Assembly: GCA_943787485.1 (NCBI GenBank)
Contig: CALSMP010000002.1
Span: 5,459-69,458, forward strand
From: an uncultured Luminiphilus sp.
Lineage (GTDB): Bacteria; Pseudomonadota; Gammaproteobacteria; Pseudomonadales; Halieaceae
Length of the DNA stretch: 64,000 nucleotides
Direction of reading: 5' to 3'
Positions 10,561 to 23,720 of this stretch are shown in pieces (position 1 is the stretch's first letter; each line of letters opens with the position of its first letter). The notes under the pieces were generated by a model. That model ran no database searches and was not told where the DNA came from. It worked only from the letters and a program-made list of their open reading frames with translations. The position numbers and the translations under genes are program-made.

Positions 10561-11725
10561 TGCTTGCCTCCCGATGCCGCAACCACTTGTTGCGCAGCAT
10601 CTGTCAGACTAGATGCTGCAATAATGTTAAGTCCGCTATCAGCGAGGACCTTCCGGCCCAACTCCGCGTTATTTCCTTCGAGCCTTACGACAACAGGTAT
10701 TTCAACGCCTACTTCCTCCACGGCACCGATAACGCCCTCGGCAATAAGATCGCAACGCACGATGCCGCCAAAGATATTGATCAGAACGGCTTTTACATTG
10801 GCGTCAGAAAGGATGATTTTAAACGCTTCAGTGACACGCTCTTTCGTGGCTCCGCCGCCCACATCTAAAAAGTTGGCGGGTGCGCCACCGTGTAGCTTCA
10901 CGATATCCATTGTGCCCATGGCAAGGCCCGCGCCATTGACCATGCAGCCGATGTTGCCATCCAGTGCTACATAATTAAGATCCCACTTCGCTGCATGCGC
11001 CTCTCGAGCGTCTTCCTGCGAAGGATCATGCATCGCCTGTAGATCCTTGTGGCGATACAGGGCGTTGGAGTCGACAACCACCTTGGCGTCCAAGCAGTGC
11101 AGATGGCCTTTTTCGGTGATCACCAGAGGATTCACTTCAATCAGCGCAAGGTCTTTGTCTTTGAAAAGCTTTGCCAAGCCCATGAAAATAGCGACAAACT
11201 GCTTGATTTGCTCCCCGGAAAGGCCCAGCTTGAACGCCATTTGCCTACCCTGATAGGGCTGAGGACCGACCAGCGGATCTATCTCGGCTTTGAGAATTTT
11301 GTCTGGCGTCTCTTCAGCAACCTTTTCAATTTCGACGCCACCTTCGGTTGAGGCCATGAAAACAATGCGCTGTGTCGCTCGATCCAATACCGCACCCAGA
11401 TACAACTCCTGATCAATGTCGGTGCAGGCCTCGACTAAAATTTTGGAAACCGGCTGACCTTTTTCATCCGTTTGGTACGTCACCAAATTTTTGCCGAGCC
11501 ACTCTGCAGCGAAAGCCTCCACGGCGGCCGAACTATCCACCAGTTTGACGCCACCAGCCTTACCCCGGCCACCCGCATGCACCTGAGCCTTAACGACCCA
11601 CATTGCGCCCCCTATCTTCTCCGCGCCGCAGCCGCTGCTGCGGGGGTGTCAACCGCATGGCCGACAGAAACGGGCAGACCATAATCGGCAAAAAGCGCCT
11701 TACCTTGATACTCGTGAAGATTCAT
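10557..11725 (-). pseudogene. sucC: Succinyl-CoA synthetase beta subunit with a 1-bp frameshift near 11625 (sequencing error or real lesion)
   Basis: ATG 11725 gives [18 protein letters not shown]..., which hits TAG after 37 codons. [22 protein letters not shown] continues in the -1 frame. The span is 1169 bp, one base short of a multiple of three. Confidence 0.9.
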
Positions 11726-11802
11726 ATTCCATCCTGTGTGTTTTTGATCATTAACCCCAGCGCGAGCGAGGGCGCGTTTATCCGTCGTTCAGTAGGCCTG
11801 GT

Positions 11803-14500
<2,698 letters not shown>

Positions 14501-14529
14501 GATGTGATCCTGATGGTGGCTTTGGTTAA

Positions 14530-17409
14530 TCAGTTGCCCCAGGGCATCGGCCCCAAGGCTTCCTCAATGAATTTTTCTTGCTCCTTAAGGTGCAACGCCG
14601 TGTATCCTGCCGAGACCGATGCAGAGGCATCGCGACCCACGTATCGCAAATACACATCGACTTTATGGCGCTGAATTTCCCGCCGAATATTGTGCTGGCT
14701 TGCGTACCAAGCCCCTTGGTTCATAGGCTCTTCCTGGCACCAAACAGCATCCTCAATATTGGGATAGCGGCTCAGCACATCGGCAAGAACCTCCGATGGA
14801 AAGGGGTAGAGCTGCTCGATTCGGATAATCGCTACGTCTTCTATGCCTCGGTCCCGCCGAGCGGCGCGTAAATCGTAGAACACCTTACCTGAACACAGTA
14901 CGACGCGTTTTACCGCCTTGCAGTCCAAGGCATCCGTCTCATCAAGCACGGCATGGAATTTCCCATCGGTCAGGTCTTCAACAGTTGAAATGGCCTCCTT
15001 GTGACGCAGCAAACTCTTCGGTGACATGACCACCAATGGTTTTCTGAGAGGTCGAATAGCCTGGCGGCGCAGCATATGAAAAACCTGTGCAGGTGTCGTC
15101 GGCACACAAACCTGTATATTTTGTTCAGCAGAAAGCTGAAGGTACCGCTCCAGTCGCGCCGATGAGTGCTCAGGCCCCTGACCCTCATAACCGTGCGGCA
15201 GGAGCATGGTCAGACCGCACAAACGTGACCACTTGTGCTCGCCGCTGGTAATAAATTGATCTATAACCACCTGCGCACCGTTTGCAAAATCTCCAAATTG
15301 CGCCTCCCAAATCACGAGTCCGGTTGGCGCGGTGGTTGCATAGCCATACTCAAAGGCAAGCACGGCCTCTTCGGAGAGCAGGGAATCGTAAAGGCGAAAA
15401 TTTGCCTGAGAGGTCTCGAGATGTTCCAGAGCGATATGCTGTTGGTCATGTTTCTGGCAGTGGAGCACGGCATGCCGATGAGAGAAAGTGCCCCGACCAA
15501 CGTCCTGGCCCGTTAGCCTCACCGGGTAACCATCTACCAGCAGGCTGGCATAAGCCATGATCTCAGCAAAGCCCCAGTTAATGGCCTCAGCGCCCGCCCC
15601 CATCTTTCTTCGGTCTTGCAAAATTTTGCCGACCTGCCGCTGCACCGAAAACCCTTCGGGTGCGGACGCAATGCAATCAGATAGCTCGCGAAGTCTGGCA
15701 GCAGGGAATCGGGTATCGCACTCAGCAGTCCAGGCGTGCCCCAAATAGGGCGACCAATCGACGAACATCGACTTGTTGGGCTCAGAAACCAGCGAACTTA
15801 CCAAGGGCTCGCCACGCTCAAGTGATTCTCGATAGCGCTCGACCAGCGAGGCATCCTCCTCCTCAGTCAGGAGCCCCTCAGAGATTAATCGGTGCGCATA
15901 CAGATCTCGAGTTGTTGGGTGGCGCTTAATCTGTGCGTACATTTGCGGCTGGGTGACCGATGGTTCGTCGGCTTCATTATGTCCGCGACGCCGGTAGCAA
16001 ACGAGATCGATGACGACATCTCGCTTGAAGGTATTTCTGTAGTCGACGGCGAGCTGAGTGACGAAAACGACCGCCTCGGGGTCATCTGCATTTACGTGGA
16101 AAATCGGTGCCTGCACCATCTTGGCAACGTCGGTGCAGTACTCGGTGGAGCGGGCGTCGTCCGGTCGGCTGGTCGTAAATCCGACCTGATTATTGATCAC
16201 AATGTGTAACGTTCCACCGGTCTTATAGCCTCGAGTTTGCGACATTTGGAACGTTTCCATGACAACGCCTTGTCCGGCAAAAGCCGCATCCCCGTGAATC
16301 ACGATGGGAACCACCGTGTCGCCAGAGGGGTCTGAGCGCCGGTCTTGGCGGGCCCGCACTGATCCTTCGACCACCGGCGAAACGATCTCCAAATGTGATG
16401 GGTTGAACGCAAGCGCCAGATGAAGCTCGCCGCCGGGCGTCATGACGTTGGATGAAAATCCCTGATGATATTTTACGTCCCCCGATCCCGCGTAGGCTGC
16501 GCGACCCTCAAATTCATCAAATAGCTCGGTGGGGTTCTTCCCTAGTATATTGACTAGCACGTTGAGCCTGCCGCGGTGTGCCATACCGATGACCACTTCT
16601 TTGGCGCCGTAACCCCCGATCCGCTGGATGGCTTCGGACATCATCGGGATCAGGCTTTCACCGCCTTCCAGACCAAAGCGTTTGGTGCCCGGGTATCTGG
16701 ATCCTAATGATTTCTCCAAACCCTCTGCCTTGATAAGACGGCGCAATATGCCGATGCGATGGTCGTCGCCGAAGAGCGGAGCCGAGCGAACCGACTCCAT
16801 TCGACTCATGATCCAATGCCGCTGTTCGGTGTCGACGATATGCATGAATTCGGCACCTACTGTGTGGCAATAGGTGCGCTCGAGGGCGTCGACAATGTCT
16901 TTTAAGCTGGCATCACTTGCGCCAAGGTAAAGATTGCCAACCTGAAAAACCGTGTCGAAATCGGCTTCACTCAGCTCGTGGAAGCCCAGCTCAAGATCAG
17001 GTACCTGCTCTCGTGGCACAATGCCAAGTGGGTCCAACTGGGCCTTCTGGTGGCCCCTTTGACGATAGGCGGAAATCAGCTGCACCACCCGAACTTGCTT
17101 GCGCTCGTATTCTGTTGCCTGCGAGTCATGGGCAACGGTGGCCTCGGTACGAACACGCATCTTGCTGATTTTGGCGAACTGGTCCCGCAGCGTTGAGTGC
17201 GGAATATCGTGTAGGCTTACGGTCGGGCTAACCACCTTCGGCAACCGGTCGAAGTAATCTCGCCATTCTGGGGGGACTTCATTGGGATCTTTGAGATAGT
17301 CCTCAAATAGCGATTCGACATATGACCCATTCGCTCCAGATATATGTGAACTCGCCCAAAGGGCCATCATAGTCGCCATTTGGTTTGCTTGCGTCATCGA
17401 TTCCCCCAT
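14530..17409 (-). CDS. sucA: 2-oxoglutarate dehydrogenase E1
   Basis: [28 protein letters not shown] and EHSSARLER motifs; the start is ambiguous among several Met codons. Confidence 0.97.
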   Translation of the reverse strand: MGESMTQANQMATMMALWASSHISGANGSYVESLFEDYLKDPNEVPPEWRDYFDRLPKVVSPTVSLHDIPHSTLRDQFAKISKMRVRTEATVAHDSQATEYERKQVRVVQLISAYRQRGHQKAQLDPLGIVPREQVPDLELGFHELSEADFDTVFQVGNLYLGASDASLKDIVDALERTYCHTVGAEFMHIVDTEQRHWIMSRMESVRSAPLFGDDHRIGILRRLIKAEGLEKSLGSRYPGTKRFGLEGGESLIPMMSEAIQRIGGYGAKEVVIGMAHRGRLNVLVNILGKNPTELFDEFEGRAAYAGSGDVKYHQGFSSNVMTPGGELHLALAFNPSHLEIVSPVVEGSVRARQDRRSDPSGDTVVPIVIHGDAAFAGQGVVMETFQMSQTRGYKTGGTLHIVINNQVGFTTSRPDDARSTEYCTDVAKMVQAPIFHVNADDPEAVVFVTQLAVDYRNTFKRDVVIDLVCYRRRGHNEADEPSVTQPQMYAQIKRHPTTRDLYAHRLISEGLLTEEEDASLVERYRESLERGEPLVSSLVSEPNKSMFVDWSPYLGHAWTAECDTRFPAARLRELSDCIASAPEGFSVQRQVGKILQDRRKMGAGAEAINWGFAEIMAYASLLVDGYPVRLTGQDVGRGTFSHRHAVLHCQKHDQQHIALEHLETSQANFRLYDSLLSEEAVLAFEYGYATTAPTGLVIWEAQFGDFANGAQVVIDQFITSGEHKWSRLCGLTMLLPHGYEGQGPEHSSARLERYLQLSAEQNIQVCVPTTPAQVFHMLRRQAIRPLRKPLVVMSPKSLLRHKEAISTVEDLTDGKFHAVLDETDALDCKAVKRVVLCSGKVFYDLRAARRDRGIEDVAIIRIEQLYPFPSEVLADVLSRYPNIEDAVWCQEEPMNQGAWYASQHNIRREIQRHKVDVYLRYVGRDASASVSAGYTALHLKEQEKFIEEALGPMPWGN

Positions 17410-17572
17410 TTACCGGGCTCTTATCGCCCCAGCCGATGGGTAAGAAGTGTAACGGGTGGGTGCACCGGATGATATCAGTAAGGGGTTGCAGAGCGCCGCT
17501 AATCCCGTGCTTTTATCACATTATTATTTTTATTTATCGGCAGGTATTCTTAATGACTATATTTTAGAGGCT

Positions 17573-17589
17573 TGCACTAATTTAGTGCG
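17573..17589. promoter_or_regulatory. Palindromic operator, NtrC-like (TGCAC-N7-GTGCR), upstream of sucA
   Basis: TGCACTAATTTAGTGCG contains the perfect inverted repeat GCACTAA-T-TTAGTGC, next to an AT-rich tract. Confidence 0.5.
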
Positions 17590-17691
17590 CGATATGTAGG
17601 GCCGGTATTAATCGATGACTATAAGCCGATGCTCCCGAACCGACACGACTGACGGCCCCATGACACCGAACCAAAGACACCGAACCGTCGG

Positions 17692-18399
17692 CTAGGTAGC
17701 GCGGTTTAACAGCATGGTTCGAATATGGCCGATTGCTTTGGTGGGATTGAGACCCTTAGGACAGACGTTCACGCAGTTTTGTATGCCATGGCAGCGGAAA
17801 ACACTGAAGGGATCATCCAGCTTGGCCAGTCGATCATCGGTCGCGCTATCACGACTGTCCGCTAGGAAACGATACGCTTGCAGTAACCCGGCAGGACCGA
17901 TGAACCGGTCTGGGTTCCACCAAAATGACGGGCACGATGTGGAGCAACACGCACAAAGAATACATTCGTACAGCCCGTCCAACTTGGCGCGATCTTCAGG
18001 CGTCTGCAGCCGCTCGATGGCCGGCGCCGGCGTGTTGTTCTGCAGGTAAGGCTGCACCTTTTCATACTGGGCGTAGAACAGGCTCATATCCACCACCAAA
18101 TCCCTGATCACGGGCAGCCCTGGCAGCGGACGAATGGTGAGCTTGTTATTCTTGACGGCTTCCGAGAGCGGCGTAATACACGCCAGACCGTTTTTACCGT
18201 TGATATTCAGTCCGTCAGACCCACACACGCCCTCCCGGCAACTTCGCCGGTAGGTAACACTGGTATCCTGGTCCGCTTTTATCATCTCTAAAACGTCCAG
18301 CACCATCAAATCCTTACCACCGGTATCCACTTGGAAATCTTCCATACGTGGAGCGCCATCGGCCTCGGGGTTATAGCGGTAAATACTGACCTGCAACAT
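17692..18399 (-). CDS. sdhB: Succinate dehydrogenase iron-sulfur subunit
   Basis: RRSCREGVCGSD, CILCACCSTSCP and CHGIQNCVNVCP Fe-S motifs. Confidence 0.98.
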   Translation of the reverse strand: MLQVSIYRYNPEADGAPRMEDFQVDTGGKDLMVLDVLEMIKADQDTSVTYRRSCREGVCGSDGLNINGKNGLACITPLSEAVKNNKLTIRPLPGLPVIRDLVVDMSLFYAQYEKVQPYLQNNTPAPAIERLQTPEDRAKLDGLYECILCACCSTSCPSFWWNPDRFIGPAGLLQAYRFLADSRDSATDDRLAKLDDPFSVFRCHGIQNCVNVCPKGLNPTKAIGHIRTMLLNRAT

Positions 18400-18433
18400 G
18401 TCTTAGCCCTCGCGATGCATCGTGGGTCGGTGG

Positions 18434-20197
18434 TTAGTAAGTTCTGATTTTTGGCTGAAAAGTTTCAACCGTAGTCGGCGTGAAGTTGACGCCTCGCTTA
18501 CTCACTTGCTTGCCGCTACTGTGGTAAAGCGAATGGCAAAGCCAATTTTCATCATCCCGCTCGGTAAAATCTTCCCTCGCATGCGCGCCGCGGCTTTCGT
18601 CTCTAGCCTCCGCGACCACCGCTGTCGCCTCTGCCACCTCAAAAAGGTTTTGTAGCTCCAACGCTTCTATGCGGGCCGTATTGAAGGCCTCGCTTTTGTC
18701 TTCGAGGCTGATGCTTTCTATTCGACCCCGCAGATCGGCCAGCTTTGCAATACCTTCACGCATGAAGTCTCCACGCCGAAATACCCCGAAGTAGTTCTGC
18801 ATTACGTTCTGAAGCTCCTTACGCAACGCAGCGACATTTTCGCCGCCTGATCCCTCATTGAGCCTACGCAATCTCGCCCCGGCTTCCTCGACGTCGCTGC
18901 CACTCGCTTCGCGCAGCTCGATTCCTTCACGCAACGACTTTTCAATAAAGAGGCCCGATGCACGACCAAACACCACCAGATCCAGCAGTGAGTTTCCGCC
19001 CAGCCGGTTCGCGCCGTGAACCGAGACGCAGGCCACCTCTCCGCAGGCATACAACCCCGGAATAATATGATCATTGCCAGCGCTGTCGACGGTAATCGCT
19101 TGTCCATGAATATTGGTCGGGATGCCACCCATCATGTAATGGCAGGTGGGCACGACGGGAATCGCCTCTTTGACGGGATCAACGTGCGCAAAGGTCCGGC
19201 TCAATTCACAGATGCCGGGCAGACGGGATTCAAGTACCTCCTCGCCGAGATGATCCAGCTTCAATTTCACATGATCCCCTTCTTCACCGCAGCCGCGACC
19301 TTCGAGGATCTCCAACACCATAGAGCGGGCAACGACATCACGACCCGCCAAATCTTTTGCGTTGGGCGCATAGCGCTCCATGAAGCGCTCGCCATCCTTA
19401 TTGATCAGGTAGCCGCCCTCACCGCGACATCCCTCAGTGACAAGCGTGCCGGCACCATAAATGCCGGTCGGATGAAATTGCCACATCTCCATGTCCTGCA
19501 CAGGCACACCGGCTCGTAACCCCATGCCGATACCGTCACCGGTGTTGATGTGCGCATTGGTGGTTGACGCGTAGATTCTTCCAGCGCCCCCCGTAGCAAA
19601 GACGGTAGCCTTCGATTTCACAAAAACGGTTTCACCGGTTTCGATGCAAATGGCGATAACCCCGACTACCGCGCCATCCTGGTTTTTTACCAAGTCCACA
19701 GCGAACCATTCGTTAAAAAAGACGGTCTCGTTCTTTACGTTGTTCTGATAAAGCGTGTGCAGCAGCGCATGGCCAGTACGATCGGCGGCAGCACAAGTAC
19801 GTGCAGCCTGGCCGCCTTCCCCGAAGTTTTTCGACTGTCCCCCAAACGGGCGTTGGTAAATGCGGCCCTCTTCTGTTCGAGAAAATGGCAACCCCATATG
19901 CTCCAGCTCGAAAATCGCCTCGGGACCCACCGAGCACATATACTCAATCGCGTCCTGATCTCCAATGTAATCGGAGCCCTTGACCGTGTCATACATATGC
20001 CACCGCCAGTCGTCGTTCGGGTCCGCGCTCGCGATAGCACAGGTGATGCCGCCTTGGGCAGACACCGTATGCGAGCGAGTCGGGAATACCTTTGAAATCA
20101 CCGCGGTTTTATAACCCGATTGAGCGAGCTGCAATGCCGCGCGCATGCCCGCGCCACCGCCGCCCACGATCACACCATCAAAGGATATGGTTCTCAT
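18434..20197 (-). CDS. sdhA: Succinate dehydrogenase flavoprotein subunit
   Basis: [13 protein letters not shown] site, QFHPTG and [10 protein letters not shown]. Confidence 0.98.
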   Translation of the reverse strand: MRTISFDGVIVGGGGAGMRAALQLAQSGYKTAVISKVFPTRSHTVSAQGGITCAIASADPNDDWRWHMYDTVKGSDYIGDQDAIEYMCSVGPEAIFELEHMGLPFSRTEEGRIYQRPFGGQSKNFGEGGQAARTCAAADRTGHALLHTLYQNNVKNETVFFNEWFAVDLVKNQDGAVVGVIAICIETGETVFVKSKATVFATGGAGRIYASTTNAHINTGDGIGMGLRAGVPVQDMEMWQFHPTGIYGAGTLVTEGCRGEGGYLINKDGERFMERYAPNAKDLAGRDVVARSMVLEILEGRGCGEEGDHVKLKLDHLGEEVLESRLPGICELSRTFAHVDPVKEAIPVVPTCHYMMGGIPTNIHGQAITVDSAGNDHIIPGLYACGEVACVSVHGANRLGGNSLLDLVVFGRASGLFIEKSLREGIELREASGSDVEEAGARLRRLNEGSGGENVAALRKELQNVMQNYFGVFRRGDFMREGIAKLADLRGRIESISLEDKSEAFNTARIEALELQNLFEVAEATAVVAEARDESRGAHAREDFTERDDENWLCHSLYHSSGKQVSKRGVNFTPTTVETFQPKIRTY

Positions 20198-20262
20198 GTT
20201 GCCTCCGAATATCTCTTACCCGTGGGTTATAACCAAACTCCACAGATTTCCAACTGGAAGAG

Positions 20263-20622
20263 TTATCTCCAAATGACCTGAATCACCCACAACACGTAGA
20301 TAATTAATAAAAAGACCGTGCCAAGCTGGCAGATTCGCCGCAGGGAGTTCCCCCAGGGCCCCAGCATGCGCTCCGTGAGGTAGTCGGTGTAAACAGCCCA
20401 AAGGCCTATCCAGGCATGTGCCGCGAGGCTGAGTACCGCTAGCAGCGTGAAAATACGCATACCGGTGGTCTGATGCATGGCATGCCAGCTCGCATAATCG
20501 ACGCCTGCGACTAGGGTGCCGGCGATACACAGGAAGTAACTGAGCAGGATCAGGCTTGTCACTCGCTGAATGAGCCAGTCTGACAGCCCGGAACGGCTAA
20601 AACTCGTGACTTGCGTTACCAT
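20263..20622 (-). CDS. sdhD: Succinate dehydrogenase membrane anchor
   Basis: DWLIQRVT and HAWIG....TDY motifs; three TM segments. Confidence 0.95.
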   Translation of the reverse strand: MVTQVTSFSRSGLSDWLIQRVTSLILLSYFLCIAGTLVAGVDYASWHAMHQTTGMRIFTLLAVLSLAAHAWIGLWAVYTDYLTERMLGPWGNSLRRICQLGTVFLLIIYVLWVIQVIWR

Positions 20623-21005
20623 AAAATGACTCCCCAGCCAGCGGCACCCAATGCTGCCAGCGCGATCACGATGCGGGCGCCAAGTACGCCGCCCGCCATC
20701 GTTTCTCCAAACCCTAAATCCATTATCAAATGCTTCACGCCTGCCAAAGAATGATAGGTCAAGGCGCTAGCCATCACCCAAATAAGAGCTTTCACTGGCG
20801 CTGACCCCGTCGCAGAGACCACCATGGCAAAGCCCTCCTCCGACCGAAGGCTGGCGTCCAACGCCCAAACTAAGACACCGCTCACCAAGAACAGAAAAAC
20901 TCCTGAAAGCCGGTGGGAGATAGAGACATAGGCCGTAATCGGCAACCGCATGGATCCGATGTCTAGGTTCACCGGTCGTTTATCTGAACTTGCACGGGGT
21001 TTCAC
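20616..21005 (-). CDS. sdhC: Succinate dehydrogenase cytochrome b556 subunit
   Basis: RPVNLD, SISHRLSG and YH..AGVKHLIMD motifs. Confidence 0.95.
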   Translation of the reverse strand: MKPRASSDKRPVNLDIGSMRLPITAYVSISHRLSGVFLFLVSGVLVWALDASLRSEEGFAMVVSATGSAPVKALIWVMASALTYHSLAGVKHLIMDLGFGETMAGGVLGARIVIALAALGAAGWGVILW

Positions 21006-21053
21006 GAATTAGGCTCCTTGCTTGAGCGCCCGGGAGAAAAATTTTCGTCGCGG

Positions 21054-21082
21054 AGTATAAGCCGGACCAACACGGGTTACAA
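21054..21082 (-). promoter_or_regulatory. Sigma-70 promoter of the sdh operon
   Basis: Minus strand TTGTAA-N17-TATACT. Confidence 0.7.
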
Positions 21083-21158
21083 TTTCCCCATGGGCCAAAT
21101 CACCCTCATCCGGACGTTAACGCCGGCGCGTCGCGAGCCGGCAAAATCGCGTAGGAAA

Positions 21159-21186
21159 TTGACACAAGCCCGCAACCGTCTATAGT
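21159..21186 (+). promoter_or_regulatory. Sigma-70 promoter of gltA
   Basis: TTGACA-N16-TATAGT, about 35 bp upstream of the ATG. Confidence 0.75.
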
Positions 21187-21220
21187 TTGGCGCTCTTTAT
21201 TCTCCTATCAGGATGTTTTC

Positions 21221-22516
21221 ATGACCGACAAAACAGCAACCCTTTCGATTGACCGAGGCGAAGGCAAAATCGATGCCATAGACCTTCCCGTGATGGAAGG
21301 GTCGCTCGGTCCCAATGTGGTAAATGTGGGTGCCCTTACTGCCAACGGATATTTCACCTACGACCCTGGCTTCACCTCGACGGCTGCCTGTGAATCCAAA
21401 ATCACCTTCATTGACGGAGAAAAAGGCATTTTGTTGCACCGCGGTTATCCCATTGAGCAGCTAGCGGAGCACAGTGACTATCTGGAAACCTGCTATCTGT
21501 TGCTCTACGGAGAGCTTCCCAACCCAGCGGAAAAGCACGAGTTCGTCAGTATTGTTGGCAAGCACACCATGGTACATGAGCAAATTAGAACCTTTTTCAA
21601 TGGCTTTCGGCGAGACGCTCACCCAATGGCCATTATGTGTGGTGTGGTGGGCGCTCTATCAGCTTTCTACCATGACTCGACTGACATCTCAGATTCTCAC
21701 CATAGAACCGTAGCGGCCTATAGATTGATTGCGAAAATGCCGACTATTGCCGCCATGAGTTACAAATTTAGTATCGGGCAACCTTTTATGTACCCCGACA
21801 ACAGCCTGAACTACGCGGCAAATTTTTTGCACATGATGTTCGGTGTTCCCTGCGAGGCCAGCAATATCTCCCCCACCATCGCTAAAGCAATGGATCGCAT
21901 CTTTCTGTTGCACGCGGATCACGAGCAAAATGCATCGACGTCTACGGTGAGGCTTGCGGGCTCCTCGCAGGCAAATCCGTTTGCGTGCATTGCAGCAGGT
22001 ATCGCCGCTCTTTGGGGCCCCTCGCACGGCGGCGCCAATGAAGCCGTCGTTAAAATGCTGGAGGAAATCGAGAGTGTCGACAATATCGACAAGTTCATCG
22101 CACGGGCTAAGGACAAAGACGACCCATTCCGTCTTATGGGCTTCGGACACCGGGTCTACAAGAATTTCGATCCGCGGGCCAAGGTCATGAAACAAGCCGC
22201 TGACGAGGTCCTTGAAGAGCTTGGCATTCAGGATGAGATGCTGGAAATCGCGAAGCGCCTTGAAGAGATAGCGCTGAAAGACCCCTATTTCATCGAAAAG
22301 AAGCTCTATCCAAATGTCGATTTCTATTCAGGCATCATTCTAAAGGCACTGGGCATCCCCACTTCCATGTTTACGGTTATCTTTGCTATTGGACGAACGG
22401 TAGGCTGGATCGCCCACTGGAATGAAATGATTTCAGGTAGCTATCGCATCGGAAGACCCCGTCAGCTTTACACGGGCTACGCCCAGCGGGACTTTGTTCC
22501 GCTAGACAACCGTTAG
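21221..22516 (+). CDS. gltA: Citrate synthase (type II)
   Basis: [24 protein letters not shown] and YPNVDFYSG motifs. Confidence 0.98.
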   Translation: MTDKTATLSIDRGEGKIDAIDLPVMEGSLGPNVVNVGALTANGYFTYDPGFTSTAACESKITFIDGEKGILLHRGYPIEQLAEHSDYLETCYLLLYGELPNPAEKHEFVSIVGKHTMVHEQIRTFFNGFRRDAHPMAIMCGVVGALSAFYHDSTDISDSHHRTVAAYRLIAKMPTIAAMSYKFSIGQPFMYPDNSLNYAANFLHMMFGVPCEASNISPTIAKAMDRIFLLHADHEQNASTSTVRLAGSSQANPFACIAAGIAALWGPSHGGANEAVVKMLEEIESVDNIDKFIARAKDKDDPFRLMGFGHRVYKNFDPRAKVMKQAADEVLEELGIQDEMLEIAKRLEEIALKDPYFIEKKLYPNVDFYSGIILKALGIPTSMFTVIFAIGRTVGWIAHWNEMISGSYRIGRPRQLYTGYAQRDFVPLDNR

Positions 22517-22549
22517 ATCTTATTCCTCCACCGCATACGGGAGTCCATC

Positions 22550-23674
22550 ATGACATCACGGGTGGTAATCAGCGGCACGGGGCTTTATACCCCAGAGCAG
22601 TCTATTAGCAACGAAGAGCTGGTAGCGGCCTTTAACACCTGGGTCGACCGCTTTAACGCTGATCATGCGCATGCGATTGCTCGCGGCGAAGAAGAAGCCA
22701 AAGCACACTCCTCGGTGGAATTCATCGAAAAGGCCTCGGGTATTCGCTCACGCTATGTCCTGGATAAGGCGGGAATTCTAGATCCAGACCGGATGGTTCC
22801 TCACCTGCCTGAACGGCCCAACGAAGCGCTTTCTGTGATGGCGGACATCGGGGTGCAGGCTGCGAAAGAGGCGTTGTCCAATGCCTCTTTGGAAGGCAAG
22901 GACATTGATGCCGTTATCGTCGCCGCTTCCAATATGCAACGCGCCTATCCGGCGATGGCTGTTGAGATACAGCATGCCCTGGGAGCAACGGGGTATGCCT
23001 TTGACATGAATGTCGCCTGCTCATCGGCAACCTTTGGCCTACAGCAGGCAGCCGACAGTATCCGCGCAGGCAGTGCGCGACGCGTCCTGATGGTCAACCC
23101 TGAAATATGTACTGGCCACCTGAACTTCAGAGATAGGGACTCTCACTTTATTTTTGGTGATGTGGCGACTGCTGTAGTAATCGAGTCAGCCGAGGATGCG
23201 AACAGTCAGAAATGCTATGAAATTCTCGACACCCGGCTACAAACCATCTTTTCAAACAACATCCGCAACAACTTTGGCTTTTTAAACCGTGGAGACGAAA
23301 CGGGCGTCGGCGCGGTGGACAAGCTGTTTGTTCAGGAGGGCCGCAAGGTTTTCAAGGAGGTCTGCCCCGCCGTCGCCCAGCAGATCAATCAGCAGCTCGA
23401 AGACTTTGGCGTTAGCAAGGATCAGCTAACACGCATGTGGCTGCATCAAGCCAACCAAAATATGAATGATCTTATTGCGCGCAAAGTGCTTGGGCGCGAT
23501 CCAACGGCAACCGAAGCCCCAACTATTCTGGATACTTACGCCAATACCTCCTCGGCGGGCTCGGTGATCGCCTTTCACAAACACAATGACGATTTGTTGA
23601 CTGGCCAGCTGGGAGTCCTTTGCTCCTTCGGCGCTGGCTACAGTATCGGAAGCGCGTTACTTCAACGCGTTTAA
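22550..23674 (+). CDS. Beta-ketoacyl-ACP synthase III, long form resembling Pseudomonas PA3286
   Basis: Catalytic triad in VACSS, WLHQAN and ANTSS; SFGAG; 374 aa. Confidence 0.9.
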   Translation: MTSRVVISGTGLYTPEQSISNEELVAAFNTWVDRFNADHAHAIARGEEEAKAHSSVEFIEKASGIRSRYVLDKAGILDPDRMVPHLPERPNEALSVMADIGVQAAKEALSNASLEGKDIDAVIVAASNMQRAYPAMAVEIQHALGATGYAFDMNVACSSATFGLQQAADSIRAGSARRVLMVNPEICTGHLNFRDRDSHFIFGDVATAVVIESAEDANSQKCYEILDTRLQTIFSNNIRNNFGFLNRGDETGVGAVDKLFVQEGRKVFKEVCPAVAQQINQQLEDFGVSKDQLTRMWLHQANQNMNDLIARKVLGRDPTATEAPTILDTYANTSSAGSVIAFHKHNDDLLTGQLGVLCSFGAGYSIGSALLQRV

Positions 23675-23720
23675 CGTGGCCCGCTGAGGCCCGGAGCGGG
23701 TACCCACAAGCACAAACCCA

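Noticed and set aside
11726-11802. Possible sucC leader RNA motif
   Set aside because: Only 77 bp with weak pairing; I cannot support homology to the Pseudomonas sucC motif.
17498-17514. Sigma-54-like AAGCACGGGATTAGC upstream of sucA
   Set aside because: Lacks the invariant GG at -25/-24.
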